A stretch of DNA of 64,000 bases from Catajapyx aquilonaris (Eukaryota), in NCBI GenBank assembly GCA_000934665.2, contig KZ537985.1:62001-126000 (forward strand). Reading direction: 5' to 3'. Made by a program: the position numbers and the translations under genes. Shown here piece by piece: positions 35,997-50,366 of the stretch. Position 1 is the first letter of the stretch. Every line of letters starts with the position of its first letter. The notes beneath the pieces were generated by a model, which was given only the letters and a program-made list of their open reading frames with translations, ran no database searches and was not told where the DNA came from.

Positions 35997-38900
35997 CGGC
36001 CCATCACACCAAACAAAAAATTCTGATCAGCAATCAAATATCAAAGGAAACGAGCAGAAAAGCAGATATGACCTAACACCCTCCAATTACCAGCCCGATC
36101 TGAAACATTTGGCGTGGTTCGATTTCTGACACAAGATGGCGTCTGGAGGGGACTTTGTTCGGAGGGGCTATAGTTGGGGGAAACTGAGCAGAAGTTATGA
36201 CGTGGATGGCTGCTGGCTGTGAAATTGGGAGAAGAGAGAAGTTTGGCTTGTGGCTGGGGTGGTTCGGAAGGCTTTCCGGACAAGGGAAGGATTTATAAGA
36301 GTCAGTGGCCTCTCATAAACTGTTCCGGCGGGGGAGCTCTTCTTATGATCGATCCTCCGTGTCTACCAATAAGTGACGTTTCCAAGTGTCACAGGGAAAA
36401 ACACTTTTCACCCGAATTTCCACAACTTAAGGAGCACCACTTGCGCACCCTATATTAGATTCTACTATCGGGCCCACTTTTTTAAAAAGAGATGGCGCCT
36501 GTGGCCCACTTTAGTATTACCACATTTTTCTAGAGGGCGTATTTACCTCCGGATTGGTAGGTGGGTCACGCCCGGATCTCTTAATCACAGCAATTTCTAG
36601 GAGAAAGGGGTTGCTTTCTTAGCAGTTCGTGGAGGTGTTTACAACCCCTTCCCAGGACCTGAGACCTATTCAGTGTAAAGCCTCTTGTTTTCACAGCATA
36701 ATTTGAGATACTCTGTAATTTTACGGCCGCCATATGTGGGACGAGGGTGCAGAGCCGCTCTGGCGGTGGCGTCCCTCAACTAATTTGGCCCTGAAGAAAA
36801 AGAACGCTGGGAAAAAAAACTTGGAAAAATGAAATGACATGGACAGAGTGCTACTAACTGCCTGGGTTACTACCTCACGTAAGGGCCGTAGAGGCTGCCT
36901 TTTATGAGGTGCCGTTTGGGGGCTACCGGAGGCAATAACACCCACGTGCTTGCCACCCACTAGAATTGGCCAGGGTCAAAGGGTGCATGTCAGGTGTGTC
37001 TTCTGCTTTAACGACCTGGTATCACCACGACCCCAATGTAATGGCCTGTTGGGGGGTCACGGGCCGGGACCTACCATAGGTGTTGGTAAAAAAACTAGGC
37101 CAATATGAACCCGAATTCTGAAACAGGCCAAGAAATAGTTCAAAGAGCAAGAGAAGATCCTATCCGGAGGCCTAAGGACATGGCAATCAATTCTTCGTTA
37201 GCCTTCGCTCGGCTTCCAGTTGACAAAGTTGCCTTTGATTTATCCCACCGTTTGAGCTTCGCCTTTTGGAATTGGTATTGGGCTCACTTTGATGCCAAGC
37301 ACTGCCTCTTTCTACGTTTCTCCTCGCGGCTACAAGACAAATGGAATCGTTGTCCTGAAAAGACAGCCATTCGGGGTCGTAAAGAGGATTTCATGACGTC
37401 TCTCCCAGGCCACTGGCAACTCGGGCAAATATTTCTGTCCAGAATCTGCCCCCCCCCCCCNCCCAAAATTCAATAATGTCAACTATTTGTGACGAAGAGT
37501 GGAGGGAACAAGACGTCACTGGAGGGTCATTGGCAGCCCTCGACAGGACCGGAGCCGGAAATCGGACAAACACTTCCGGACGAATTCAGGCCCGTTCAAG
37601 TTATCGGAAGTTGCGGGACACTGAGTGGTTTCGTCGTGAGAGGTCATCGGGCAATTGGGACCTCCTATGTCCCCATACTTCAAAGCCAAATTTCTAGCCA
37701 CCACCAACAGGAACAAACATTTATCTCAATAATTTCAGCACATCCAGTATGATGTCCCCCCTTATGGCGATAGCATCCTTTAATAGCAACTCGTATTTTT
37801 CAGCTAGTGCCAATAACCAGAACCCATAAAAATAAACGCGTCCTCCATAAATCTCGATACAGGTCCCCCAGGAAGAAAATAACAGTCAATTGGCAACATG
37901 GGACGCCAGAAGTCAAGCTAACAAGTGAGTCCCTTAATGAGACTCTTTTCCTTACAAAAAAAAAATGGCGTCTTTTTCTTTGTTCCAGACATCGCTTAAA
38001 AACAGTTTGGCGCCGTAATAACCGGAGCTAAGTGCGAAACAGTGCTCTCTGGACTAAATGAAGGAGGCTCTGAGTGTCATAAGGCAGGAGTCAGTGCGCA
38101 ATTAGACCCGGGGAATGATTTTCAAGGAAGGAGGACGGAGGAGGAGAAGGAGGGGGAGAATCAGTGCCTTCCATTGCTTCTGATTGGAGGTGGCAAAATG
38201 AGATGCGGGAAAGACAAATTGGAAATGAGGAAATGCAGAATTGGCCAGGGAAAAACGGTGCAGGGTGGAACTTAATTAACACTGGAGCGCTTAAGGCGTT
38301 TTGTTGCTGCCGAATGCGGAGATTGTCGCTGGATTAGGACCATTTTCTGTCGTAAGGACGGGAGGATTCTTCAAGTGGGCGAAAACTGAGGATCTTTCGG
38401 ATAACTGGTCAGCAGCCAAGTTATCTGGCAAAATTTAGATACATAAAGCTGAAAATTGACTGATGTCCCACAATATGCTAGAAAAGTCATATATCCCGAA
38501 TATCCTGCTTATTTAAAACCAATTATGAGCAGTATGTGCCCGATCAGAGAAAGATCCGAAAGGAGCGGTGACGTCAGTGGCAATATGGCCACAGAAGCAA
38601 CCTTTCAGGACATTTAGTTTCAAAACAGATCGAGAGAGCAATTGCAGCAAAACACTATCCCCCCCCCCCCTCCCCGTGCGTTTTCCATTCCTTCTTCCTA
38701 TCAGCTCCCAAAACTCAATTACACAGCTAATTCGATAACTGCAGATTACCTCCATTTATTAAGACTACTTGGCAATTAAGTTTCCTCATTCCCAGCTCGT
38801 TAAAACCTTATTATGGTCCCCCAGACTCAGTTCGCGCCGTTTCTTAGTCATACTTCAACTGTGGTCCTTTTAGCCAGCCCGTGCCATGTTTGCAAAGCTT

Positions 38901-39884
38901 GCAACAATGAGTTCAGATACAAGTAAATTAAACTCCGAGAGTACGAAACTACCGATAACGCATTGAGGTTCGAATGCGCTCACTAGATGGCATGGGTGTA
39001 TCCGGTTGTGTAGTCAGTCGTGAGACGGTCTCGGTGGAGGCTTGAATTAATACGTTGACCACGTTGACTGAACCATAATGTATGGAGGGATGACCTCTAT
39101 GCTAATATTATGCACTGCATCTAATTTGAAAATTTCAGTGGCACCACCTTAGACCAGCAGCCATTTCCATCCCCATATTCCACAAAACTGCGATTACATC
39201 TCATTACCCTTACTTATGAAAATGGCCTTTCCCCCCCCCCCCNNNNNNNNCCCCCCCCCCCCTCCCAAATCTCCAAGTTAAAACAAAAGGCGGTCCTCTG
39301 CTCCTCTACCATAAATATCAATCTGAAGCAAACCTGCTGGCAAGTGTTTAGTATCCATTTAGATGCAAAGAACCAAGGGAGGTAGAAGACGTTACGTAGC
39401 CTTTGGTGCTAGAAGGTCCCCCCTCCCTCCTACTATTACCATAATGGCCCCTCCCACTTGTCGGAAGGCAGGTCAGGATGAGGTCGACAGCCACCGGCCA
39501 TTTGTTTGTCTTGCCAGGAAAGGGGGGCAGATGGGAAATGGCTGCCAGCACTTCCCCATCATAAAGCCTAAGATATTCCCCTCCCTCCCCCCTCCCCCCC
39601 TCCTCCCTGAATTACGAGCTCCAGCGCATTAAGCCGCGGTTACCTCCATCCTCCCAAGCACCTCGGGTCACTTCGTTGCCCGCCCTTTCAAACCCCGACT
39701 GCTTTATCAACAGGGATATACAACTTTGTAACGAGAATTATACAACTTGGTGCTGGCTGGCACCGGGAGTGGGGAGAGGCGGAGGGGTGTGAAACGTCGA
39801 TGACAACCGCTTGCCACGAATTATGGGAGAGTGCAATGTGCATTATTTGGATGGAGATTACTTATTGTGTAACGGACGGCATAT

Positions 39885-40040
39885 TTCATTTGACGTAACG
39901 CATACCGTCACGCTTAAACGGATGATTCGATTAGACTTTTTCTCATTCATTTTTCATTTGACGTAACGCATACCGTCACGCTTAAACGGATACAGTCACG
40001 CTTAAACGGGTGATTCGATTAGACTTTTTTCCTCATTCTT
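39885..40040. repeat. Local ~68-bp tandem duplication
   Basis: TTTCATTTGACGTAACGCATACCGTCACGCTTAAACGG...GATTCGATTAGACTTTTT occurs twice. The second copy has an extra internal GTCACGCTTAAACGG. Confidence 0.8.
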
Positions 40041-40955
40041 TGAGAGAGAGAGAAAAATGCAATTAAATTTGTAGTTCCCGCAAAGTGACGGTGGCGACCT
40101 CTGTTGGTGGCTCAAAGGTTGGGTGTTGTTTTGTGTGAGTTACGACCACGTTCCTGTTCGGCTCACTGCTGTGGACTCAAAGTTATCGACGCGTTTCTGT
40201 CACATTAACTGTGGTTATTGCCGAGTCTGTTACGTTTCGCCTCGTGTCGGTATAGGATTAGACACGTTTTCCTTGGCGCCAAATACCTGGCGCTAACCGC
40301 CCATTACAAGTGTAACACGCCTTTTTTTTTAATTACAAAAAAAAGTGCTAATTACGACCCCGTTTTTTCCCCATCGCAAATTGCCCCTTTTTGGAAACAC
40401 CTCGCTGTCATTCCCGCCACATAACAAATTCTCTTTGAATTCGCATGACACATTTCTAGCATTTCACAGCTCTTAAAATTTTACAACAAACACACCAAAA
40501 AACAACATATTTTTGTTTTCCACCCCCCTACCCCCCCCCCTACCATTACTGTGTACACAACAAAGGCACTGTTTGTCATGCAGATTCCTGCCCTTTTCTC
40601 TTATCCAGTACTATGCAAGCCAAGTAACGATTTTAAATATTTTAAGCTTTGCAGGTTTCCAGACTCAAGCGGCACAATGCATTTCGTTTTTTTTTGGACA
40701 GAAAAAACTGGTTATAGGTCTAGATTTCCTTTCTTCTCCCTTGCCTTCTCCTTCCATATCCTTGCACAAAATCCCTTGGCCCTGGCTGGCCAAATCCAGC
40801 TCGTGTTCGTTCGAGTGTCCATTCTGTCGCTCGATATCCCCCAACTCCGTCCTGACCATAGGGATCTCACCAAACTGATTGAAACAGAGGGAGACACATT
40901 CCTCGCCCTTGTCTTCCCTATACACCTCCTGGGATCTTACAATAATAAAATTGAT

Positions 40956-40993
40956 GGGGGGGTCCAACTTAATTATTTAAGTTGGACCCCCCC
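40956..40993. repeat. Short palindrome
   Basis: GGGGGGGTCCAACTTAA-TTAT-TTAAGTTGGACCCCCCC. Confidence 0.7.
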
Positions 40994-41311
40994 TGAAAAC
41001 TGAAAAAAATAGCTGCTATGTTCCTAGCCAGATTGGAAAATAGTTTTGGTGTCCTCCAGATTAGTTTCTTGGAATACACTGGGGATGGACAACATCTAAT
41101 GGAAAATGAAGTTAATCTCAAGGGAGGAGAACAGTCCTGCCAAGAGTCTGATTCGTCTCGACAGTTACGGGCATGGACCTTTCCCCGACTGCAAATTGGG
41201 CTCGCGGCCCCCTGCCAGACAAACAAGGCAAAAACTGCAGGCTGTCACAAAAGCACCTGTAGAATCATCCTTGGTCGAGTGTGAAACATTGTGACAAGCT
41301 CAGCTCGTTAA

Positions 41312-41710
41312 AGGGACTGAGAGGGCTCTAAAAATCGGGCAAAAAATCCAGAATACGAAGGTGCAATCCGTATTTCGCTACGCGGAAAGGTAATCCCAGG
41401 GCGAGGGGTCAAAGTGGGGGAAATTCAAATAGTGCGCTAGAAGCTGGCCGTCCGCCAGCGACGCCCTCGGGACCTTGAGAACTTGAGGGCTGCTCCCGCC
41501 TGCCCGCGCGCTTAGGACAATCCCAGAGCGGTGCAGCCCTCCAGTTCCCCTGTTCCCCGCGTGGCGACGCCGCTCACTAACAGACGACACACTTTGACAC
41601 CTCGCCCTGGGATTACCGTTTCGCGTAGCGAAAAACGAATTGCACCGTCGCATTCAATATTTTTTGCCCGATTTTTAGAGCCAAATTTGTTTTTTGAGTG
41701 GAGTGTCCCT
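41312..41710. mobile_element. TTAA-flanked MITE (Kolobok-like ends)
   Basis: TTAA|AGGGAC...GTCCCT|TTAA. ~100-bp subterminal inverted repeats: GGCTCTAAAAATCGGGCAAAAAAT...GGTAATCCCAGGGCGAGG vs CCTCGCCCTGGGATTACC...ATTTTTTGCCCGATTTTTAGAGCC. Confidence 0.85.
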
Positions 41711-42883
41711 TTAAGAAAACAGCGAAGAACAGAGAGTGTCGGAATTTCGCCACAAAAAATTTCGACATCAAAATATTGCTGTTTGATTAACAAATATTCG
41801 TCTGACCCTAGGGTCTCTGCATAAAACAGGTTCCAATTCGCAGGCGTCAGTCACACGCGCTAATGTGGCAATTAGCCGGTTCTTAATAAAACATTGGCTC
41901 AATTTTGGAGTGGCTCAATTACGTCCATCAGCTAATAACTCTGACTGTAATCGACAACTAAACATCAATAACGAGGGGTCCAGATTATGCCCTGGCAAAT
42001 CTGACGCCGCATACCTGTATTACAGGCACGGAAACTGAATTCCAGCCGACTTGATCCACTTCATCCTGACCCCCCCATCCCCAACAATCATGATGGACGC
42101 TACAGGGCTCTACTCATATTTGCTGATCAGCCCAACACACCCATATCCATCAAGTGCTAATGATGATTGACACTTCGATTAAAGCCTCCTCGATCATGGA
42201 TCATAGCGTTACCACCCATTAAATGCAGCGTTTACTCAAATGTAAGATCATGGCTCAAAAATTGTGCCAACAATTAAAACACTGTATATTTTAAGCACGA
42301 TTTTACGATATGCAAATCATCATATTTTTTGATCGAAAGAAATACAATATCTCATCTATGTCAAGTTCTTCAAGATTTCGTTCCATCTTGATTGATCAAT
42401 AATGCGGAAGGAATCAAAAAAAGTGAACCTCTTGGATTCTGGAACACGCTCTATGATTACTTGAGACGGAGAGATGGAAGGGAAAAAACTGATCCGGATT
42501 TCCTCCAGATTATTACAGGCTGAATTTGCAAATCCTAGTTTAAATAAAGCACGGCCTGGAGGGCGATAACCTTGGACGCTCTTTTTTTCATCAATATGAG
42601 TATAGTAATATCTATAGTGCAATGTAATAATGTAACCCAATAAAATATGACTCACTATTTCTTAGGTTGGTAGCATCTCATAACCCTTCATGGTGTCTCC
42701 ACAGCAGCACCGTCCTCACCAGCAACCCTGCAAAAAAAACGGTCACTTACAGTAATCAACTGCTAAAAACTGGTTCCAAACCAACCCGGTTAATTCCTCA
42801 GATTACTGTCATCATCCTGGAGCAAATTCGCTAATGGAATGTGAATTAGACATCGCCCCAAAAACAGAACGGGGGGGGGGGGG

Positions 42884-43015
42884 NNNNNNNNNNNNNNNNN
42901 NNNNNNNNNNNNNNNNNNNNNNNNNNNNNNNNNNNNNNNNNNNNNNNNNNNNNNNNNNNNNNNNNNNNNNNNNNNNNNNNNNNNNNNNNNNNNNNNNNNN
43001 NNNNNNNNNNNNNNN
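42884..43015. other. Assembly gap flanked by poly-G
   Basis: Run of N between G homopolymers. Confidence 0.95.
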
Positions 43016-43399
43016 GGGGGGGGGGGAACCGATCTCAATTCACGCATGTATGGTGCAATCACCTCTGAAGATGGATTAGTCGACTCCCATTGGTTAGCCA
43101 AAGTTCTTCGGATCAAATCGGCATGACGCTCCATTGAAAATGGCCTGAGTATCCAAATGAGCAGCCTGAAGCTCTCTCGCTCTCTCGTATGGAGCCAATC
43201 ACATGAATCATTGCGTAATGAGGGGCTTCATCATGCAAACAACAACCACAATTAGTGGTATGATGCCCATAACCGGGATTATGATTCAAATCTGCCGCGC
43301 GTGCTTAGTGGCCCTCCAGACCCGGTGATTGGCTCACCACATCGTGGGCTTATCCACAACCAGGGACAATATTCATGTAACAATATGAACGTGTAAATT

Positions 43400-43617
43400 T
43401 AGGGCTGTGCGATACCCGAAATCACATATCGACTTTCGATACTTAAAAAATATCGAATCGAAGTCGATATATCGAAAATCGAAAAACCGACATCGAACCG
43501 ACATCGAAAAATCGCGATATTCGATACATCGAACATGCCAAGCGTCGGATATCGCAACTTCGATATTAGGAAAATATCGTATCGACAGTCGATATATCGA
43601 AATATCGCACATCCCTA
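43400..43617. mobile_element. Complete hAT-type MITE
   Basis: TIRs TAGGGCTGTGCGATA / TATCGCACATCCCTA. Near-perfect 8-bp TSD TGTAAATT / TGTAAACT. The interior is rich in TCGA/CGATA, and there is a second copy at 17421. Confidence 0.9.
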
Positions 43618-43686
43618 TGTAAACTCAAGTTTTACACGCTTAATTGTGACGTCCCCTCACTAGATGGCAGTGAGGGCCGTCTGTGC

Positions 43687-43852
43687 TGCCATCAGATGTA
43701 AGACGACCCTAACGCAAAAACTAGTAAGTGTGAAAGTCGCATGCACGCCCTGCACTAATCCCCTCTGACTCAGAGGGGATTAGTGCAGGGCGTGCATGCG
43801 ACTTTCACCCTTACTAGTTTTTGAGTTAGGGTCTTCTTGCATATGACGACAG
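43687..43852. repeat. ~165-bp near-perfect palindrome (MITE-like)
   Basis: ~82-bp arms around a single-base centre at 43769 (...GCACTAATCCCCTCTGA-C-TCAGAGGGGATTAGTGC...). Confidence 0.9.
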
Positions 43853-46800
43853 TGTGGACCTGCGAAGAGCCATTTTGTGGAAGTCAGTCGTGAATCGGCC
43901 TGGTTGCAGGTAATTTCAATTATTTTTCAGTTTTCACACCGTATGAACACCGTATGAACGTTGCTATGGCCACAATCGAACCCAATATCGATTCGCGATG
44001 AATATCAGGTGCCATAAGTGAACAATCACGCTACATTACCTAACACAAGGCTAATAATGGAGGGTAAGCTTGAAAAAGGCATCAGCATAATCATCATCAT
44101 CATTATGGCTTACAAGCTTCATTTCCTGGATCCCGTACGGAGATCATCGGTGGGTTGGAGGGTAACCTTTTATAGGCCATCCTAGAAATTTTCGGAAGGG
44201 TATATGCTGGGCAAATGGTTTGTGATCGAGCAAGAAAAAGGAGTAGAGGGGGGGACCCAAGCTCGTTTCCGTCACGACACCAATTTGCGGCCGAGAAAGA
44301 TAAGGAAAATGAGGTTTCGCATCCGTTGCTCCTTTTTGCTTATGGCCTCTTCCGCTTCTGAACCCCACCCCAATAATGCAACTCGCCATTTTGCAAATAA
44401 ATTTAAACGCCGTGGATCTAACTCCAGGTCCGGATTTGTCTGGGATAAAAAAAATCCGGGAAGCTTGTGTTCTTTATACATAACGGTGCGGGTTAGTACA
44501 TCTTGGCAGCACCCTCTTGGCCCGTAAACCAGGAGACTTCCAATCTATTTTTACGGCCGGAAAACGCTACCAGAGGGGATGGGAAACAAGCGAGTAAACC
44601 CGTGAAGACGACTACCATCTTGGGGAGAGGCTGGGCTGGGCAATACATCCATCGACCCCTTTGTGCAGCCTCTAGGCATCGAAAATCTGACAGGTATGGC
44701 TCAAATCGTATCGAAATCGCTCAATAGTCCAAAAAGTTGGGTTATATGAATTTTCCCATACTCATCAGCACACAAGCTATCAGTATGCCAATTTCCAGCA
44801 CTCTCTGTAGTCTAGTAGTGTGTTAGCAGCCTAAACAAACCGGTACAAACAGTTTCTGCAATGCGCGCCATCTCTCGCTAAACTTTCTCCTTACTCTAGA
44901 GATGAATAGTTGTGGGTGCCGTCATTTGGCCGCAAAACTCGCCCAAAATGTCGTATCTCGACCCCTTTCTATAACCCCCATCCAACAGCCGCTTCTTTCA
45001 GGGGGCGGTAGACAAGCACAACGGTGGCCTCCCGGCTATAAATCCCGACAGGGGGGGGNGGGGGGGGCTTGGCACAGGCAAAGGCACGCTGCCGCCCAGC
45101 ATCACTTGTCACGCTGTCACTTCCAGGTGACACTGCAGGGGGAAGGGGGAGGGAATATGGAGAGGGGGAGGTGGCTCTATATTCCCTATTGTGATGCTTG
45201 GCTTCTCCCATATGTACCTAACGTCCTATATATAGGACACTTGCTTATTTTAGGCATGTGTACCAAATATTAGTGTTCCACAAATTACAATTCCTGAAGG
45301 CACCCATTGTTCTGCTTTTAGTGGCGCATGTCTGTTCCCGCCCATCAACATCTATTTCTAGCCTGCGACAAGATGGGTGACAAAAAAAACTGCCGCAGCC
45401 ACGTGTCATCAGAATTCTAGGCAAGAGCAAAGACTTAAAAGGTGAGGTCGACGCCATTTTTGATCCAGGGGATGTAGACTTTGGACGCCCGTGGAATTTG
45501 CACACCTTGTTAGTTCAAATTAATCATGCTAATTCGCTCGGAACCATGAACACCGATTTGCCATTTCTCCGGTGTCACCAAAATTTACGACAACGATTAT
45601 TTAGTTAGAGCACGATCTGAATATTAGATGGCAGCACAAGTCGCCTGATATAAGCCTAAATATTTATCCTTCCGAAAAGTGGCCTAGTCGCACTAAAAAT
45701 ACGGATGAATAATTGATGGGATCCAAATGATGAGGGAGGATTACATGATTTGAGCCGGAGTGGGTGGCATGAGGGGTGCAAATCTTTCCGATTCGTTGGG
45801 CCGCTCATCAGTTTTTTGGAAAGGGGTTGGTGGGGCGTCAGGATGAGATCCAGCAGAGGGGAGGGGAGGGGGGATCGGAATCAATAATATGCTAATACGC
45901 TAGGAATTACAGATCACGGACATGGGTACTTTTTTCAACGAATATTCGTCAGGTTTGGGAATTACAGATCATTGAAAAGGATTTGGACACCCCGTACTAC
46001 CCACAAAATGTCCCAACAATCGAAATTGCATGAAATAAACCAGAACTGACCTTATTCGGAAGCCGAATCGATACGCTTATTCTACCTAAATGCAAGGCAG
46101 ATACAGTCACTTCCCTCCCAAAAAAAATCGACAGAGCACACCAGTTGCATACACGCAACCAGACCTGACCTACATGCACATTTGAGTCACAAACCATCTG
46201 GACGAGTCTGCAAAACTCAGGACTGACATGCATGCCAACTATGGGTCGAATTTGTACAAAAATCAAGCAAATATTGTGCTACATATATGAGATATAATCA
46301 AAATTTTGAATATTATTTGTATGAAGTGTAAACGAAAATGTGAATATTTTTGACATAATTTCACGATATTTTCTATTAATTTGAAACATGTGCCTGATTG
46401 AATATTTGCATGTTGGCCCCCCTTGTAATATCACATTTCGCACATTCCTGTCAACAGATGAAACGAAACAGTCCATTACCCGCCCCTCTGTACATCTCCT
46501 GGGTGACACCGATACCTCAAGGCAAAACAGCGTTGTCACAGTTGAACCACGCCCTAGTGAGATACCCCCAGACAAGAACCTAGGCTAACAACCTCATAAG
46601 CCTGCGATCGGTAGTGAACATTTTGGGCGAGTGGAGGAAACTGCCGATAATCCCCTCGGCAGCCCAGCTCTCGGCTGAAGGATTTTCTCCTGGAAACGAG
46701 CTAAAAATGGCGTTGATTTGGGCGATTAGCCAGCACGCATGCGATGGTTAATTCGCCGGGAATAATTCACGCCCAATCGCATCCAATTTCCCCGCAATCT

Positions 46801-46958
46801 AATTGCAACCCCGCATGAAAGATCGCCGAGGGAAAGTCACATGCACCCAAAATCAAACTACCCATGGATGGATAACCAATTCCCTCAAAATAATCCCAAA
46901 AAAATATATTTGAAAAAAGACCGAAACATTGACACTAAATTAAAAACAATAAAAAATA

Positions 46959-47105
46959 ACCGTTCAAAAATTCGCGTATGGGGACCACCGTTCGAAAATC
47001 CGTGTATGGGGACCACCGTTCGGAAATCCGTGTATGGGGACCACCGTTCGAAAATTCGCGTATGGGGACTACCGTTCGAAAATCCGTGTATGGGGACCAC
47101 CGTTT
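46959..47105. repeat. 28-bp minisatellite, ~5.2 copies
   Basis: Unit ACCGTTCGAAAATCCGTGTATGGGGACC with minor variants and no spacers. Confidence 0.92.
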
Positions 47106-50100
47106 GACAATTCAATTTTTAAGCATAAATCCGCTGAGTATGGTTAGCGAAGTTGGTAATTCGGGCGATAACGAGTTGGAGACCTAATTATCCGGGGGAA
47201 AGGAGCCGTATTGGGGAAGTACCCTCTTGGGTAGTACCCTCAGGGAATTTTTTCTGAACCCACCCTGTACTTTCATACCCTTGATTTATATTTTTCCAAT
47301 GCCCCCATCACACGTCTGCCGCAAGGCACGATTCCCGCAGCCATGTTTGTCTATGGAAAGTGTTAATATAGGGCAACTGGGCATGATCCGGGTTTAATGG
47401 GGCCTTAGTCCGGACTGGCGAGGTATTAGCGGGGAATTACATCATTAACACTGCTGCCTGAGTATAATTGTGTTATGGGTCCGTGGCAGCTGCTAAATGT
47501 TCCTCCGTTGCTAATTTACGACGGGTTGAGTTAAGTTGTCGTTCTCAGTAGGCCCGTCTTATGTATGGCACAGCCTCTCTTGGGTATGTATCAGTCGGAG
47601 ACAAATCTGGAACAGGCCAGGTTGTTTTGAGGCCCAGAGTTCGTGGCATTAACTCAACGCAGACGGAGATGAGTACTGGAGGTGTTCAAGAAGAAAGCTC
47701 AGTTCACGCAAGGAAGAGCTCAGTTTGCCTTCAATTGTTCCGCACACAAGGCGCCAGATGTCTCTTTACCACCAACTCCAGAGATCCTTCCTCTTACTTG
47801 ATGGCCTTGTTTCTTTTCCCTTATTCCATCACCACGAACCACCGTTTTACTTAAGCAAAAATGGGTAAATTACATAATGTAATTAAGGGCGTTGGGTACT
47901 GTCATCAGGCTGACGACACGACACCGTGATGTAGCGGCCAAACCTCATCATTACGGTGCTTTCTGGACATAAATGCGACTTTAATGGGTGTAACAAATGT
48001 CCCTTACACTAATCAAAATATTTGTACAAAAATAATTCTACAGAGTCTATAGTGTCTTAGGTAGCCTAATGGAATCATCGAATCCGAAAGCGGCACAGTG
48101 TAGTAGCTTGCGGGAGAAGCTATCCTGAATGGCAAATGAAGATCCTAGAAATCCTATAGAACTCTGCTAAGCCTATAGTCACTTATTTTTTGAGACCCGT
48201 TGAAGCAACTGGTTGTGTTTGTGGCTGGGATCAACCATGCCTTCAGGGGCCCAGGATCGCATTTGTCAAACGGAACTTTCCAGAAGACTGATGTTCAGGT
48301 ACTTTTTTTTCTTGTTTCGTCTTCGCAACACACCTGGCCCAAAGCCAAACCTACCTGTTGCGACCGTCTTATGAATTAAGAAACTTCCTCAACGTCAGTC
48401 CCCCGCTAATGGTCAGTGACTTAGACTCGTATCACGCTATGTGTTGGAAACAATGCGACATGTCAACCGATTGACTGATGAACATGTGAGGCTCGTTAGA
48501 CGACTTAATGGACCTCCATTTTTTATACAAGTACATTCTGCGGATGACAGCGCATCACAGGGTGTCACAAAAATTCAGTAAGTACTTGCTGCAATTTTAA
48601 AAAATTAGCATATATCGAGTTTAGCCAATAATGTGGTAGGGAAATGTCAGTCTCAGTGGTGGGGTATAAACAAAGGAAAAGTGTCCGGTGTTTTTTTGGA
48701 GCCCAAAAGAGGGCGCAGTATCCTGTGCAGGATATTGATTGTCCCTAGCTAGGAAGAGGCCGAATTAACATTTTAACTGGTAGTTAGCACGCTGTTGCTG
48801 ACAGAGAGAGCTACAGGGTAGGGTTAAAAAAAACTGAAAGGGAGGGTCTGTGTCAGCCGCACTTTACTTCAGAAGCTAGGAAAATAAGCTTGCATTCTGC
48901 ATGAAAAGAGGTAGAAAAAAAAACATTGACTAGCTTTCCATCTGCAAAAGCTCGACCACTGTGTAATTGCAAGGCCCACAAAAGTTTGGACATTATAGAA
49001 AAAAAAAATGTTTCGAAAACTAAAGAGACGACGCGTGTAATATAAGCAAGAAGTTCTTCCATTTGAAAGTCATATTCAAATTTTGAATAGGGGGCGGAAT
49101 ATCAAGAGGCATGTAATTCATTCAGATCTGTATCCGCCGAAAATCATTTTCTATAGTGTGTATGAATATGCATGTTCAAAATTTATTACCTGAAAAATAA
49201 GTTTAGGACGAAAAAAATACACTTCTGACTATGTTGTGAGCCATTTTTGTTTAAAAAAAAGTGGTCCATAGATGGCGTGGGCTGGCACTTATTCGGCCAG
49301 AAAAGTGTAACGGACCAGGGGCAAAGGCAGATCTACTGTAACTATCTACTTTTCTCAGTAAATTCGATCCAAACATGCATCGTGCCTTAAAACGACACTA
49401 ATACAAACGACTCTCAAACTTCCTACTCTCCCATCAAAAACTTCCGGAAACTTCGGAGGTCTCGAAATGGGAAAAAAGAGCACCCGGTCCTTTTGAAAAA
49501 CGACATAAAGGGAATAACTAGTTTGCATGGAAGCAAATTACCGGATAAAAAAAAAAATCTTTTCCATCTCTTCCAATCGGAATGGAAAGAGTTAAAAGCC
49601 GTGTCTAGCAGCCACAAAAGGACAAAAGAAGTTCAGGCAAGGGTGGTGACTCTGTAAGATCTTAAGAGAGAGAGAAAAAAAAGATGGCGCATCTCTTGAA
49701 AATTGCTAGCAATTTCGGGGGGGCGGGGGTCGCAAAAGCCTTGCATTATTTACACCCGCGTGGAAAGTATCCCAGGCCACTCATTGGCGATAGAAACACC
49801 GCTCTTTATAGCGAAGTTTCCCAGCCCGTGAAGAGCTTTTTGCCGAAACTAAATGAGACGAAAAAGTGTGCCAGCGTGGATGTTAAAATTTTTATAAAGG
49901 CAATACCTGGATGCAAATCTACCGTTGATTTAATGGGGGTGCATTTGCTCCAATCTGTCCCTCCAGAAGTGATACACCTGGAGGATTACTTGGGGGAGAA
50001 TTAGCACTTCTGAACATTCGCACCGGATTACGTTCGAGTTAGTTTGGGAAAGGGGTTTGCGTCGCTGAAACTGCAAAGTGCTGAACAGAATTGCGATGAC

Positions 50101-50295
50101 ATTCCGTCGAGCCGAGATAATTTATCACATTGTGCAAGGGAGGAGATGATATAGGAAATTGCTGGGGTTGCCGCAAATGTGTCTAGATATCGTTTGTTCA
50201 TTTACATAAGAGTTGATGGTGCTGTCTGTGATGATCGTCTTCAAATTAATTTTTTTAAAGAGTATGACCCCACAGCAGCCACTTCTTGCGAATAG

Positions 50296-50366
50296 GTGGT
50301 GGCCTAGAACCCTAGATGACGCTGCGACAGGTTCTCACAACGCCATCTTGGGTTCTAGGCCACCAC
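50296..50366. repeat. 71-nt hairpin
   Basis: GTGGTGGCCTAGAACCC.../...GGGTTCTAGGCCACCAC forms a 17-bp perfect outer stem that continues imperfectly to ~30 bp. Confidence 0.75.

Noticed and set aside
46959..47105. CRISPR-like 28-bp repeats
   Set aside because: The units are contiguous with no unique spacers, there are no cas genes, and the context is eukaryotic. This is a minisatellite.
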